64,000 bases of DNA. Source: Centroscyllium fabricii. Lineage: Eukaryota. Below, in pieces: positions 1 through 10,629 of the stretch. The translations under genes were made by a program, and so were the position numbers. The stretch spans positions 1-64,000 of the forward strand of contig JBNRSN020000904.1 in the NCBI GenBank assembly GCA_051313645.2, given 5' to 3'. Position 1 is the first letter of the stretch. Each line of letters opens with the position of its first letter. The notes beneath the pieces were generated by a model, which saw nothing but the letters and a program-made list of their open reading frames with translations, did no database searches and was not told where the DNA came from.

Positions 1-225
1 AAAGGTCGGCTTTTAATAACTAAGAACTGTGGTGCATGTTCCCACACTGAGTTCTCCAGGTCGAATGGCTCAAGCCGCTCTGGAGTCCTCCGTATAACAA
101 AAGACATGGGCGGAGCCCGACATATACAATAGACAAAGGTGGGCGGTACATACATTCCACACATTCCTAGCACAGGCAAGTCCAGGTGAAAAGCACAGTC
201 TGATGAACATACATATTTCATCACA
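1..225 (-). mobile_element. Partial LTR (Gypsy-type), cut by window edge
   Basis: Minus strand begins TGTGATGAAA at 225; ATTAAAAGCC poly(A)-like motif near 8-17 resembles other LTRs in the window. Confidence 0.45.
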
Positions 226-228
226 CCG

Positions 229-888
229 TCTATCTCTGTTTTAAATGTATTTAATGTTGTCGCTTCCACAGCTCTCTGGGGCAGCAAATTCCACAGACCT
301 CCCACCTTCTGAGTGAAGAAGTTTCCCCTCATCTCAGTTTTTGAAAGGGCAGCCCCTTCTTCTCAGTTTATGCCCCCTAGTTCTAGGTCTCACCCACCAT
401 TGGGAACATCCTCACCGCATCCACCCGATCAAGCCCCCTCACAATCTTATACGTTTCAATAAGATCGCCTCTCATTCTTCTGAACTCCAATGAGTAGAGG
501 CCCAATCTACTCAGCCTCTCATCATATGTTAGCCCCCTCATCCCCGGAATTAACCTAGTGAATCTTCTCTGCACTGCCTCGAGAGCAAGTATGTCCTTTC
601 TTAAATAGGGATACCAGAACTGCACGCAGTACTCCAGGTGTGGTCTCACCAATACCCTGTACAACTGCAGCAAGACCTCCCTGCTTTTATACTCAATCCC
701 CTTAGCAATAAAAGCCAACATTCCGTTGGTCTTCCTGATCACCTGCTGCACCTGCAGACTAACCTTCTGTGTTTCCTGCTCCAGGACCCCCAGATCCCTT
801 TGTACTGTAGTACTTTCCAGTTTCTTTCCCTTATGATAATAATTTACTCTGATTTTTCCTGCCAAAGTGCATAACTTCACACTTTCCA
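229..888 (-). mobile_element. CR1 LINE ORF2 3' fragment
   Basis: ORF 383..880 has LYRVLVRPHLEYCVQFW and LEFRRMRGDLIETYK, typical CR1 ORF2 C-terminal motifs. Confidence 0.92.
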
Positions 889-891
889 GTA

Positions 892-1153
892 CAGGTTGTG
901 CACCGTTAATCCGGCAGCCGATAATTCAGCCCCTTCAGTGGTCCGGCACGAATCACGCTGGCCGACCCACGTGCTCGCGATGCGCGGGCCTCTGCCCGAC
1001 TGGTCTGCGCATGCGCAATGGCCATTTTGACTGGTCTGCGCACATGCAGCAGCCATTTTGACTGGTCTGCACATGCGCAGTGGCCATTTTGACTGGTCTG
1101 CGCACGCGCAGTGGCCATTTTGACTGGTCTGCGCACGTGCAGTGGCCATTTTG
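892..1153. mobile_element. Non-autonomous Tc1/mariner(pogo)-like MITE, 5' half, with five 31-bp tandem units
   Basis: TA|CAGGTTGTGCACCGTTAATCCGGCA terminus shared with 8434, 51405 and 52039; units CTGGTCTGCGCATGCGCA.TGGCCATTTTGA start at 1000,1031,1062,1093,1124. Confidence 0.6.
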
Positions 1154-1171
1154 AAGGTGGTGGTGAGCCGC

Positions 1172-1704
1172 TGTTAACTCACTCACTCTGTGAGGAGGAC
1201 CCACCCTAGCCTGGGGGTCTGGGTTCTTACTTTAGGAGACTAAACACGTCGGTCAGTCTGTCACTTTCTCAGTAATACACAAAGTCAGAGACTGTAAAAT
1301 AATTAAAGTTTATTACCCAGTACCGGTACTTCACTCTGAGAGACCCCTTGTGTTTGCACACAAGCATAGCGACCCAGAAGTGCGCGCTCACACGCTCTGA
1401 GACTGCAATTATTTATACAATACATAAATGCAAAGACCTTGCAAAAAGATTAAACGTACATGCTCAGCGAATAATTCTGAAAAACGAAAACAACCAATGA
1501 AAAAAAATATAGAGACAGTAGAAACCCAATTAAATGTCAACATCTTGTGTTGACTCCTCCTTATCTTTGCAGCTGCAGCTTTGTTATGAAAAAGAGAAGA
1601 TCTCTATGTACAGACAGCCTGTCGCTATACTTTACCTCTTTGCTTCTACTTTTAACCCATGTCAAACTATAGTAAAGCAATCTAAAATTAGCCAAAGTTT
1701 ATCA
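1172..1704 (-). mobile_element. Solo LTR, family A
   Basis: TG...CA ends, perfect 4-bp TSD CCGC (1168-1171, 1705-1708); homologous to 5543-6459 and 59751-60303. Confidence 0.85.
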
Positions 1705-1837
1705 CCGCCTTCTTGAACCGCTGCAGTCCATGCGGTAAAGGTGTTCCCACAGTGCTGTTAGGGAGGGAGTTCCAGGATTCTGAGCCAGTGACGATGAAGG
1801 AACGGTTGATATATTTCCATGTCGGGATGGTGTGTGT

Positions 1838-2787
1838 GATTAAATGTTGTATCTCCAAATTTGCGGATGACACTAAATTGGGAGGCAGTGTGAGCTGCGA
1901 GGAGGATGCTAAGAGGCTACAGAGTGACTTGGACAGGTTGGGTGAATGGGCAAATGTATGGCAGATGACGTACAATGTGGATAAATGTGAGGTTATCCAC
2001 TTTGGCGGTAAAAATGGAGAGACAGACTATTATCTGAATGGTGACAGATTAGGGAAAGGGGAGGTGCAACGAGACCTGGGCATCATGGTACATCAGTCAC
2101 TGAAGGGAATGCAAGTGCAGCAGGCGGAAAAGAAAGCAAATGGCATGATGGCCTTCATAGCAAGGGGATTTGAGTACAGGAGTAGGGAGGTGATGCTACA
2201 GTTGTACAGGGCCTTGGTGAGGCCACACCTGGAGTATTGTGTGCAGTTTTGGTCTCCTAACTTGAGGAAGGACATTCTTGCTATTGAGGGAGTGCAGCGA
2301 AGGTTCACTAGATTGATTCCCGGGATGGCCGGACTGACATATCAAGAAAGACTGGATCAACTGAACTTGTATCCTCTGGAGTTCAGAAGAATGAGGGGGG
2401 ATCTCATAGAAATGTTTAAAATACTGACGGGTTTAGACAGGTTAGATGCGGGCGGAATGTTCCCAATGTTGGGGAAGTCCAGAACCAGGGGGCACAGACT
2501 AAGGATAAGGGGTAAGCCATTTAGGACTGAGATGAGGAGAAACTTCTTCACCCAGAGAGTGGTGAACCTGTGGAATTCTCTACCACAGAAAGTTGTTGAG
2601 GCCAGTTCACTAAATATATTCAAAAGGGAGTTAGATGTAATACTTACAACTAGGTGATCAAGGGATATGGCGAGAAAGCAGGAATGGGGTACTGAGGTAG
2701 CATGTTCAGCCATGAACGTGTTGAATGGCAGTGCGGGCTCGAAGGGCCGAATGGTCTACTACACCTATTTTCTATGTATCTATGTGT
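1838..2787 (+). mobile_element. CR1 LINE, 5'-truncated
   Basis: KFADDTK RT motif, C-terminal CR1 motifs, 3' UTR and TCTATG-type tail. Confidence 0.93.
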
Positions 2788-2794
2788 GATGACA

Positions 2795-2912
2795 AAATGC
2801 TGCAAATTCGAAATAACAACTGAAAATGCTGGAAAAACTCAGCAGGCCAGGCAACATCCGTGAAGAGAAAAATATAGAGTCAACGTTTCGGGTCGGGACC
2901 CTTTATCAAAAC
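2795..2912 (-). mobile_element. Penelope-like short repeat with degenerate hammerhead core
   Basis: Minus strand TTGATAA-AGGGTCCCGACCC-GAAACGTTGAC; similar copy at 43355-43460. Confidence 0.55.
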
Positions 2913-2999
2913 TGAAGAAGCAAGGAAAAGAAACCGATTTAGAAGACCAGTCGGGGACTGAGAGAGAACAAAGAGAAGAGAGAACAAAGAGAAGAGACA

Positions 3000-4447
3000 T
3001 TGGCGCAGAAAGTCGGGTCGGAGGCTTCCCGCGGGCGCGAGCCCCCAACCTGCACTCACCTTGCGCGCCGGCCGTTGAGCTGTGGGCCCACGTGGAATTC
3101 CGATGCGGGGCCTCCTCCAACTGCCGGCGTGCCACGCTCACGTATCCCAGCGGCGAAGATAGTACGAGGGATAGCACAGGATCACGTGGTCCACGGAGAG
3201 CCAATCACAGCACCGAATGCTCCATTCATAAGTTTGACAGGACGACCTGTCAAAAGTATGGAAACTACAAGACCCAAAACATCACTAAATCTGCAAATAC
3301 TTTTTTTTTTTTATCACATTTTTAAAATAGCTATACATTACATTAAATATTTTAAACAATTTAAATTTTTGAAAAAATGTATTTTTTCTAACGGGGCTAA
3401 AAAGAAACTTATCTTTCTTTAAAGTATTTAAAAATAATAAAACTGGACAAAATGTTTTAATTTGAATTAATTCACCACTTACCTTGTTAAAAGCAGGCCT
3501 TAGGCCCGCTTTTTACATTTCTAAAATATTCAGACTTACCCAGAATGACAAACCTGTAAAAACAAAGGGGAAGTCCAGTCACTGAGGGCGAGCATGCAGG
3601 TGCAACAGGCGGTTAAGAAGACAAATGGTATGTTGGCCTTCATATCAAGAGGGTTCGAGTATAGGAATAAGGATACCTTACTACAGCTGTACAAGGCACT
3701 GGTGAGACTACACCTTGAGTATTGTGTACAGTTTTGGTCGCCTCATCTGAAGAAGGATGTTCTTGCCATGGAAGGAGTGCAGCGGCGATTCACCAGGATG
3801 ATACCTGGAATGGCAGGAATGACCTACGAGGAGAGATTGTGTAGTTTGGGCTTGTACTCGCTGGAGTTTAGAAGATTGAGAGGGGATCTCATCGAAACAT
3901 ATAAAATTCTGACAGGCCTGGACAGGTTAGATGCAGGAAGAATGTTTCCAATGGCGGGGGAGTCCAGAACCAGGGGCCACAGTCAAAGGATAAGGGGTAA
4001 ACCATTTAGGACAGATATGAGGAAGAATTTCTTCACCCAGAGAGTGGTGAGCCTGTGGAATTCCTTGCCACAGAGGGCAGTAGAGGCCAGTTCATTAAAT
4101 ATATTTAAGAGGGAATTGGATATATTTCTTCAGGCTAAAGGGATTAAGGGTTATGGAGAGAAGGCGGGGACGGGGTACTGAACTTGAAGGATCAGCCATG
4201 ATCTCAGCCAAAGATCAGCCATGATCTCATTGAATGGCGGAGCAGGCTCGAATGGCCGACTCCTGCTCCTATCTTCTATGTTTCTATGTGCGCACGAGTT
4301 CCCACCGCGGAACCCTTCTGTCAGGGGATTGGAAGTGCCGGTTTTGCGCGCATGCGCTGTGTGTGCACGAAACCGGCACTTTGGATGGGCCTACGGGTGA
4401 GCGCCCAGCGCGGCCTCACGCGTTGGGACCGGACTTTCTGGGCCAAT
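3000..4447. mobile_element. Putative non-autonomous DNA transposon with imperfect TIRs, interrupted by a CR1
   Basis: TTGGCGCAGAAAGTC at 3000 is roughly inverted to GACTTTCTGGGCCAA at about 4432-4446; AT-rich interior. Confidence 0.4.
3570..4290 (+). mobile_element. CR1 LINE 3' fragment
   Basis: ORF 3594..4181 is CR1 ORF2 C-terminus; 3' tail ...TTCTATGTTTCTATG. Confidence 0.93.
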
Positions 4448-4712
4448 ATTAAAGAGGTATTCAAAATGAGATGAGATGGTGACAGGACTATTGGAGACAG
4501 AAGACGGCTCTAGATTAGGGGTGTGTGGCTTGGAGGGGAACTTGGAGCTGGCGGCGTTCCCGTGCGCCGCTGCCCGTGTCCTTCTAGGTGGAACTTACTC
4601 TGCCTCCTGGCTTGGGTGCCACCTCCGCAAACCTGGATCAATCGCTCACTGCAGGTCCGACACCGTTAATCCGGCATATATAGGAGGGAGAGACCAGTGT
4701 AATCTTTACACT

Positions 4713-5070
4713 GGTGTTACGCTGGACTATAACCTGGTGTTGTGTGACAGGTTATAGTCCAACAGTTTTATTAGAAATCACAAGCTTTCGGAGCGCTGCT
4801 CCTTCGTCAGGTGAAGTGAAGAGATGCATATAGGCACAGCATATATAGTCAGAGAACAATGCTAGATGATTACAGGTAATCCTTCCAACTGCCCTTCATC
4901 ACACCTCGGCAGAGAGACAATCACAGCAATCAAAGGTGTGAATGGTGTCCAAACAGGTCAGTCAGCAAAACATTCCATCAAAGAACAATGAGGTGGGGTC
5001 ACAAGGGGTCAAATGTTGCAGATGCTGTTTAAGAAGCGATAGAACATGTCCAGGGAACCAGACAACTTAA
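4713..5070 (-). mobile_element. Penelope-like element terminal repeat remnant
   Basis: Similar to 7357-7660 and 54326-54481; carries a hammerhead motif. Confidence 0.65.
4778..4814 (-). ncRNA. Minimal type I hammerhead ribozyme motif
   Basis: TCAC-CTGACGA-AGGAGCAGCGCTCC-GAAA-GCTT-GTGA: conserved core boxes, stem II, stem I TCAC/GTGA. Confidence 0.7.
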
Positions 5071-5542
5071 CATCAGTGGTAGGAAAAATAATGGCACCTT
5101 GGTTAGACCACATTATGGTCACCATGTTATGAAAAGGATATAGAGACACTGGAGAGGGTGCAGAGAAGATTTATAAGGACGATACCAGAAATGCGAGGGT
5201 TTACATATCAGGAAAGGATGAACAGGCTGGGTCTCTTTTCTCTTAAGAGGAGGCAGGGGGGAGACCTAATAGATGTCTTTAAAATTCTGAAAGGTTTTGA
5301 TAGAGTAGACACCCAGGGGGGGATTTTGCTGGAAGTGCGGGAACCTGGTGGGGGTTGGTCAGGGCGGGTTCCTGTCCCGCCTGGCCAAAGACCTGGGAAC
5401 CCCACGCAATTTTCATTTAATTGAGTTATTAAATCCGCGCCTGCGGCAGCCGGTAATAATTGACCCAATCGAGTCGGGGCTGTGGCGGAGATCGAGCTGT
5501 TTGATTGACAGTTCTAGTACTGGTTGTTGACAGTTCCCATGG

Positions 5543-6459
5543 TGTTAACTCACTCACTCTGTGAGGAGGACCCACCCTAGTCTGGGGGTCTGGGTTCTTA
5601 CTTTAGGAGACTAAACACGTCGTTCAGTCTGTCACTTTCTCAGTAATACACAAAGTCAGAGACTGTAAAATAATTAAAGCTTATTACCCAGTACCGGTAC
5701 TTCACTCTGAGAGACCCCTTGTGTTTGCACACAAGCATAGCAACCCAGAAGTGCGCGGTCGCTCGCTCTGAGACTGCAATTATTTATACAATACATAAAT
5801 GCAAAAACCTTGCAAAAAAAATTAAATGTACATTTTACGGGCATAGTGGTTAGCACTGTTGCCTTACAGCACTAGAGACCCGGGTTCAAATCCAGCCTCG
5901 GGTACTATCTGTGTGGAGTTTGCACATTCTCCCCGTGTCTGCGTGGGTTTCCTCCGGGTGCTCCGGTTTCCTCCCACAGTCCAAAGATGTGCAGGTTAGG
6001 TTGATTGGCCATGATAAATTGACCCTTAGTGTTAGGGGGATTGAATGTGTGGGGTTGCGGGGATAGGGTGGGATATGTGTCGATGCAGGCTCGATAGGGA
6101 TCGAGGGATATGGGGACAAGGTAGGGACAGGGTGCTGGGTTTGGATGATCAGCCATGATCTCATTGAATGGCGGAGCAGGCTCGAAGGGCCGAATGGCCT
6201 ACTCCTGCTCCTATCTTCTATGTTTCCTCGGCAAATAATCAATTAAAATGAAAATAACCAACAACAAAAAATAGAGACAGTAGAAACCCAATTAAATGTC
6301 AACATCTTGTGTTGACTCCTCCTTATCTTTGCAGCTGCGGTATTGTTATGAGAACGAGATCTCTAGACAGACTGTCTCTATATTTTACCTCTTTGCTTCC
6401 AAACTTTTAACCCATGTCAAACTACAGTGAAGCAATCTAGAATTCGCCAAAGTTTATCA
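5543..6459 (-). mobile_element. Solo LTR, family A, containing an HE1 SINE
   Basis: Same sequence as 1172-1704; TSD ATGG/GTGG. Confidence 0.8.
5838..6225 (+). mobile_element. HE1-like V-SINE
   Basis: tRNA-derived head (GGTTAGCACT..GGGTTCAAATCC), V-domain GCGTGGGTTTCCTCCGGGTGCTCCGGTTTCCTCCCACAGTCCAAAGA, CR1-type 3' tail. Confidence 0.88.
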
Positions 6460-7356
6460 GTGGAAACACTCCACTGTGACATCACAGTCCAGTGGAACCA
6501 ATGGGAAAGGTCAAGTGCTGGTGACTGACAGGTGGGCAGGCGGGCTCCGAATCCTTGACAGCTCAGCATCGGCTGTGAGGAAATGTGCAAAGCTGAGATT
6601 TCTCCGTTTTTGCCCACAGCTGGTGCACCCACCACGGAATGACTAAGCTACTGGAGGCATGCCAAGCATTTTGCAGCATGTCCTTCACACCTTGAAGGAG
6701 AAAGTAATGAACAGCGCTGTGCTCCCGCTGGGTTTCACCCAGCGGGGTTTAGGGTGGTGGGGTTAGGGTGGGAAACAGCTGAAAATTGCTAAGGGCCCTT
6801 AAAATGGCATTACAGATGCCAATTAAGGGCCTGAATAACCATCCCCGCCGGCCGCCGGCGGGAAGGATTCGGGGCATGGAAAGAGGCCGTCCGAAAAGGG
6901 AAAAAGCAGCGGGGATCTGGCGGGCTGGGGCGGGACCCAAAAATGTACTATTTTCACCTCTCAGCTGCCCAAAACCCCACCTCACGGGGACATGAAAATC
7001 CCCCCCCCCCCCAGCACCACAGAGAGTGTTTCCACTTGTGAGGAAGAGCAACACTAGAGCCCATCAATATACGACGATCACCAAGAAATCAAAGAGGGAA
7101 TTCAGGAGAAACTTCTTTACCCAGAGAGCGGTGAGAATGTGGAACTCGCTCCCACAGGGAGTGGTCAAGGCGAATAGTGGAGATGCATTTAAAGGGTGGT
7201 TAGATAAACCTATGAGGGGGAAGGGAATCGAGGGTTACGCTGATAGAGTTAGATGAGGAAGACGGGAGGAGGCTCTTAGAAAACAAACATAGAAGATAGG
7301 AGCAGGAGTAGGCCATTCGGCCCCTCGAGCCTGCTCCGCCATTCAATATGATCATG

Positions 7357-7985
7357 ATGTGGAGGTGCCGGTGTTGGACCGGGGTGGACAAATGCAAGAA
7401 GTCACACAACACCAGGTTATAGTCCAACAGTTTTATTTGAAATCACAAGCTTTCGGAGCGTTGCTCCTTCATCAGGTGAAAGAGAGATTGATTTAAACAC
7501 AGCATATATACAAGGGAGAGAGCAATGTAATCTTTCCAACATCACACCTCAGCAGAGAGACAAACAAAGCAAACAAAGGTGTTTTAACATATTTTAACAT
7601 TAATCAGGCACCACTCTGAGATCAATGAGGTGTAGTCACAAAGGGTCAAATGTTGCAGTCTTGTGTCTGTGTGAAAACACACAGAATGATTTAAAAAAAA
7701 GGATTTTCCTTACAAGACAAAGACGACTCGAGTCTGGATGACTCTACGTCAGGCGGGGTCACATGTAGCCAATATCACGGTTGAGGCCGTCCTCATGGGT
7801 GCGGAATTTGGCTATCAGCCTCTGCTCGACGATTTTGCGTTGTCGTGTGTCTCGAAGGCCGCCTTGGAGAATGCTTACCCGAATTTCGCAGGCTGAATAT
7901 CCTTGACTGCTGAAGTGTTCCCCGACTGGGAGGGAACACTCCTGCCTGGCAATTGTTGTGCGGTGTCCGTTCATCCCGGCTTAGT
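7357..7985 (-). mobile_element. Penelope-like element 3' end (GIY-YIG endonuclease C-terminus plus terminal repeat)
   Basis: ORF 7759..7974 (PVGEHFS..RKIVEQRLIAKFRTHEDGLNRD) matches the PLE endonuclease tail pattern. Confidence 0.8.
7443..7479 (-). ncRNA. Minimal type I hammerhead ribozyme motif
   Basis: TCAC-CTGATGA-AGGAGCAACGCTCC-GAAA-GCTT-GTGA. Confidence 0.72.
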
Positions 7986-8289
7986 GACCACCCCGATGCC
8001 GATGGTGAATCCCAGGCCCAGAAGATGAGCTGTTGTGCCAGCCGCCCTTTCGCAGGACGCAGGGTACAGCCAAAACTCGGTGCCCGGCTCCGCCATCGCT
8101 GCTGGAGGCTACGTGCTGACGTCACTGTGTTCCGAAGCTGGCGTGCGGTGGCGTCACGTGAGCCGGGCTTGAGCCGCGCATTGGGCCTCAGGCCTGCTGG
8201 AGCCGTGCAGCCCGGTCCCTGCTCCACCATGGGCAGCAGAATCGAGTGCGTCTTGTGAGTTCCACCCGACCTTTGGGCCGAAAATCACC

Positions 8290-8434
8290 TTCCAGGTACC
8301 GGCGAGCACATGCGCAGACCATTTTAAATTTCACTGCGGCCATTTTGAATGGTGCGCGCATGCGCCGCCGAAGCTTCAATCGTTCGGAGTTTTCACCTGG
8401 TCCCGACCGTGCCGGATTAACGGTGCTCAACCTG
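8290..8434. mobile_element. MITE 3' end (same family as 892 and 51405)
   Basis: CCGTGCCGGATTAACGGTGCTCAACCTG terminus; GCGCATGCGC and GGCCATTTTGA motifs. Confidence 0.55.
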
Positions 8435-8521
8435 CATTAGAGAATCCCACACAGATCAGTTTACAATACCAGGTCGCGTAATCAAACCTTTGGCATATAT
8501 CACTAGGTCCAGACTCTCAGT

Positions 8522-9930
8522 TGTAGAGTGTTCAACACATTGAGACAGACTCAGGATTGTGTGTGTGTTCAGCCATTGCTCGAGGCCTTGTTTAATCTCT
8601 CTCACTTCCTGTTAACCCTCTGTTGCCCCCTACTGGGCAGAGGGTAACTATCACTACATCTCCCTTTCTAAACATACTTTGAAAACTATTCCTTTACTGT
8701 TAACATTTTCAAATCATTACTTTTTTACAGTGCTTAAGAAATAACAAACTCTAACAAACATCATAACAACTCTTAACAAATATAACATCTCTAATGCATC
8801 TTTTTTGTTTAAAAAAATGAATAATACAAGCAGAGTACGCTTGGAGGGACAAGGCGACTGCCTGAACCCTCCACCAAGTACCTCGGGTATTATTCTGACC
8901 CAATGAGGTGTCTTGGTTCTTAAGCTATTCATGTTTCAAAGTCCTGGAGGTATGAAGGAGGCTTGCGGACCCTTTCAGGGTATCGTCTGGAACCCGATGG
9001 AGGTGGGGTATCCCCTGTGGGTGGGGGAGCTCCAGGACCCACATCCCCATTGTCGTCATCGGGAATGGACGGCTCATCAGCGTCAGGGGGCTGCTGTGTA
9101 AGTGCGAGGTGCCTGTGGTTCCTACGAACAATCTGGCCCTGGATATCAGCCAGATACGACCTTGGGGCATTTGCCTGTCCTTGCACAATGCCTCTTTTGC
9201 GGGAGTCCTGTATCCACACATAGTCACCTGGAAGGAGTGGACCCAAGGGCTTAGCTCTGTGGCGCCTGTTAAAGTTGGCCTGTTGTCTTAGTTTAGATTG
9301 TTTATCCTTGTCTGTAAAATTCTGGAGGTCGGGCCAGCCTGGGGTCAGGAGTGATGGCATAGTTGGCACGGTTGTACGAAGTTTCCTGCCTTGTAGCAAC
9401 TCAGCAGGGCTGAATCCGCTAGAAAGAGGTGTGGAGCGGTATGCAAGGAGTGCCCGGTATGGGTCAGGTGACTTTTTAAAAAGATGTTTGGCTGTCTGGA
9501 CAGCGAGCTCGGCAGCCCCATTGCTTTGAGGATACAGAGGGCTGGATGTGACATGGGTGAAGTCCCAGCTGTCGGCAAATGGCTGAAAGGTGACCGAGGC
9601 AAATTGGGGGCCATTATCTGTTCGGACCAGCAGTGGGACACCTAGGCAGGCAAAGCAGGATGTCATACACTCAACGACTGCATGTGAGGTCTGGATCCAT
9701 CTTTAATTTTCCAGATAGTTTAAGATCCCTTAATCCAATAACCAATCTGTCACGAATTAGTTCATCCCGCATATCTCCATATTCACAGTGTTCGCTGAGC
9801 TCATATAGCGCCTTGATGAAGCTATCACATGATTTCCCTCTCCCCTGCATGCGCCTATGGAATCTTGCGCGTTCGAACATCAAATTCCTCCGCGGGATAA
9901 AATGATTAGACAACTCCGATTTAACTGTGT
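8522..9930 (-). mobile_element. Internally deleted Gypsy LTR retrotransposon (gag fragment, integrase C-half, PPT, 3' LTR 8522-8658)
   Basis: ORF 8929..9666 has TDNGPQF and SSPLYPQSNGAAE integrase motifs; gag-like ERARFHRRMQ..LIRDRLVIG at about 9685-9930; purine tract next to a TG..CA LTR. Confidence 0.85.
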
Positions 9931-9969
9931 CGGGCCCGATCCCCATATCCCTCGATTCCCTGAGAGTCC

Positions 9970-10135
9970 AATAATCTCTCGATCTCAGTCTTGGTTGAAG
10001 AATAAATATTGCCCTCAGGACACCAGGGAGAACTTTCCCCTGCTCTACTTTGATATAGGGCCATAGAATCTTTTGCGTCAACCTGAGAGAGCAGATGGGG
10101 CCTCGGTTAAATGTCTCACTGATGGCACATCCGCA
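9970..10135 (-). mobile_element. Deu-domain SINE fragment (SacSINE1/AmnSINE1-like)
   Basis: Minus strand AACCGAGGCCCCATCTGCTCTCTCAGGTTGACGCAAAAGAT..GAGCAGGGGAAAGTTCTCCCTGGTGTCCTG matches my recollection of the Deu core. Confidence 0.7.
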
Positions 10136-10625
10136 ATGCGGCACTCCCACAGTACTGCCTCTCCGACAATGCAGTGCTCCCTCAGTACTGCCTCTCCGAC
10201 AATGCAGTGCTCCCTCAGTACTGGCCCTCCAACAGTGCAGCGCTCCCTCAGTACTAGCCCTCCAACAGTGCGGCGCTCCCTCAGTACAGCCTCTCCGACA
10301 GAGCGGCGCTCCCTCAGTACTGCCTCTCCGACAGTGCAGCGCTCCCTAAGTACTACCTCTCCGACAGTGCGGCGCTCACTCAGTACTGCCCCTCTGACAT
10401 TGCGGTGCTCCCTCAGAATGCTCATCCGACAGTGCAGTGGTCCCTTAGTACTGCCCCTACGACAGTGCGGCGCTCCCTCATTGATGCCTCTTTGACAGTG
10501 CGGCACTCCCTCAGTACCGTCACTCCGAGAGTGCTGCACTCCCTCAGTACTGCACCTCCGACAGCGCTGTGCTTCCTCAGTACTGCCACTCTGACAGTGC
10601 GGTGCTCCCTCAGCACTGCCCAACC
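10135..10625. repeat. 33-bp minisatellite, about 15 units
   Basis: Unit about CCCTCAGTACTGCCTCTCCGACAGTGCGGCGCT; 11-aa periodicity in the ORF track. Confidence 0.9.
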
Positions 10626-10629
10626 CCGG

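Larger units (their letters stand above)
5313..7012. mobile_element. Putative MITE/non-autonomous DNA element hosting a solo LTR and a SINE
   Basis: GGGGGGATTTT.. and ..AAAATCCCCCC inverted ends exactly where the CR1 is interrupted. Confidence 0.5.
5100..7275 (+). mobile_element. Older CR1 3' fragment split by a nested insertion at about 5313-7015
   Basis: ORF 5158 (..GDLIDVFKILKGFDRVD) continues in ORF 7026 (FPLVRKSNTRAHQ..RRNFFTQRAV). Confidence 0.75.
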
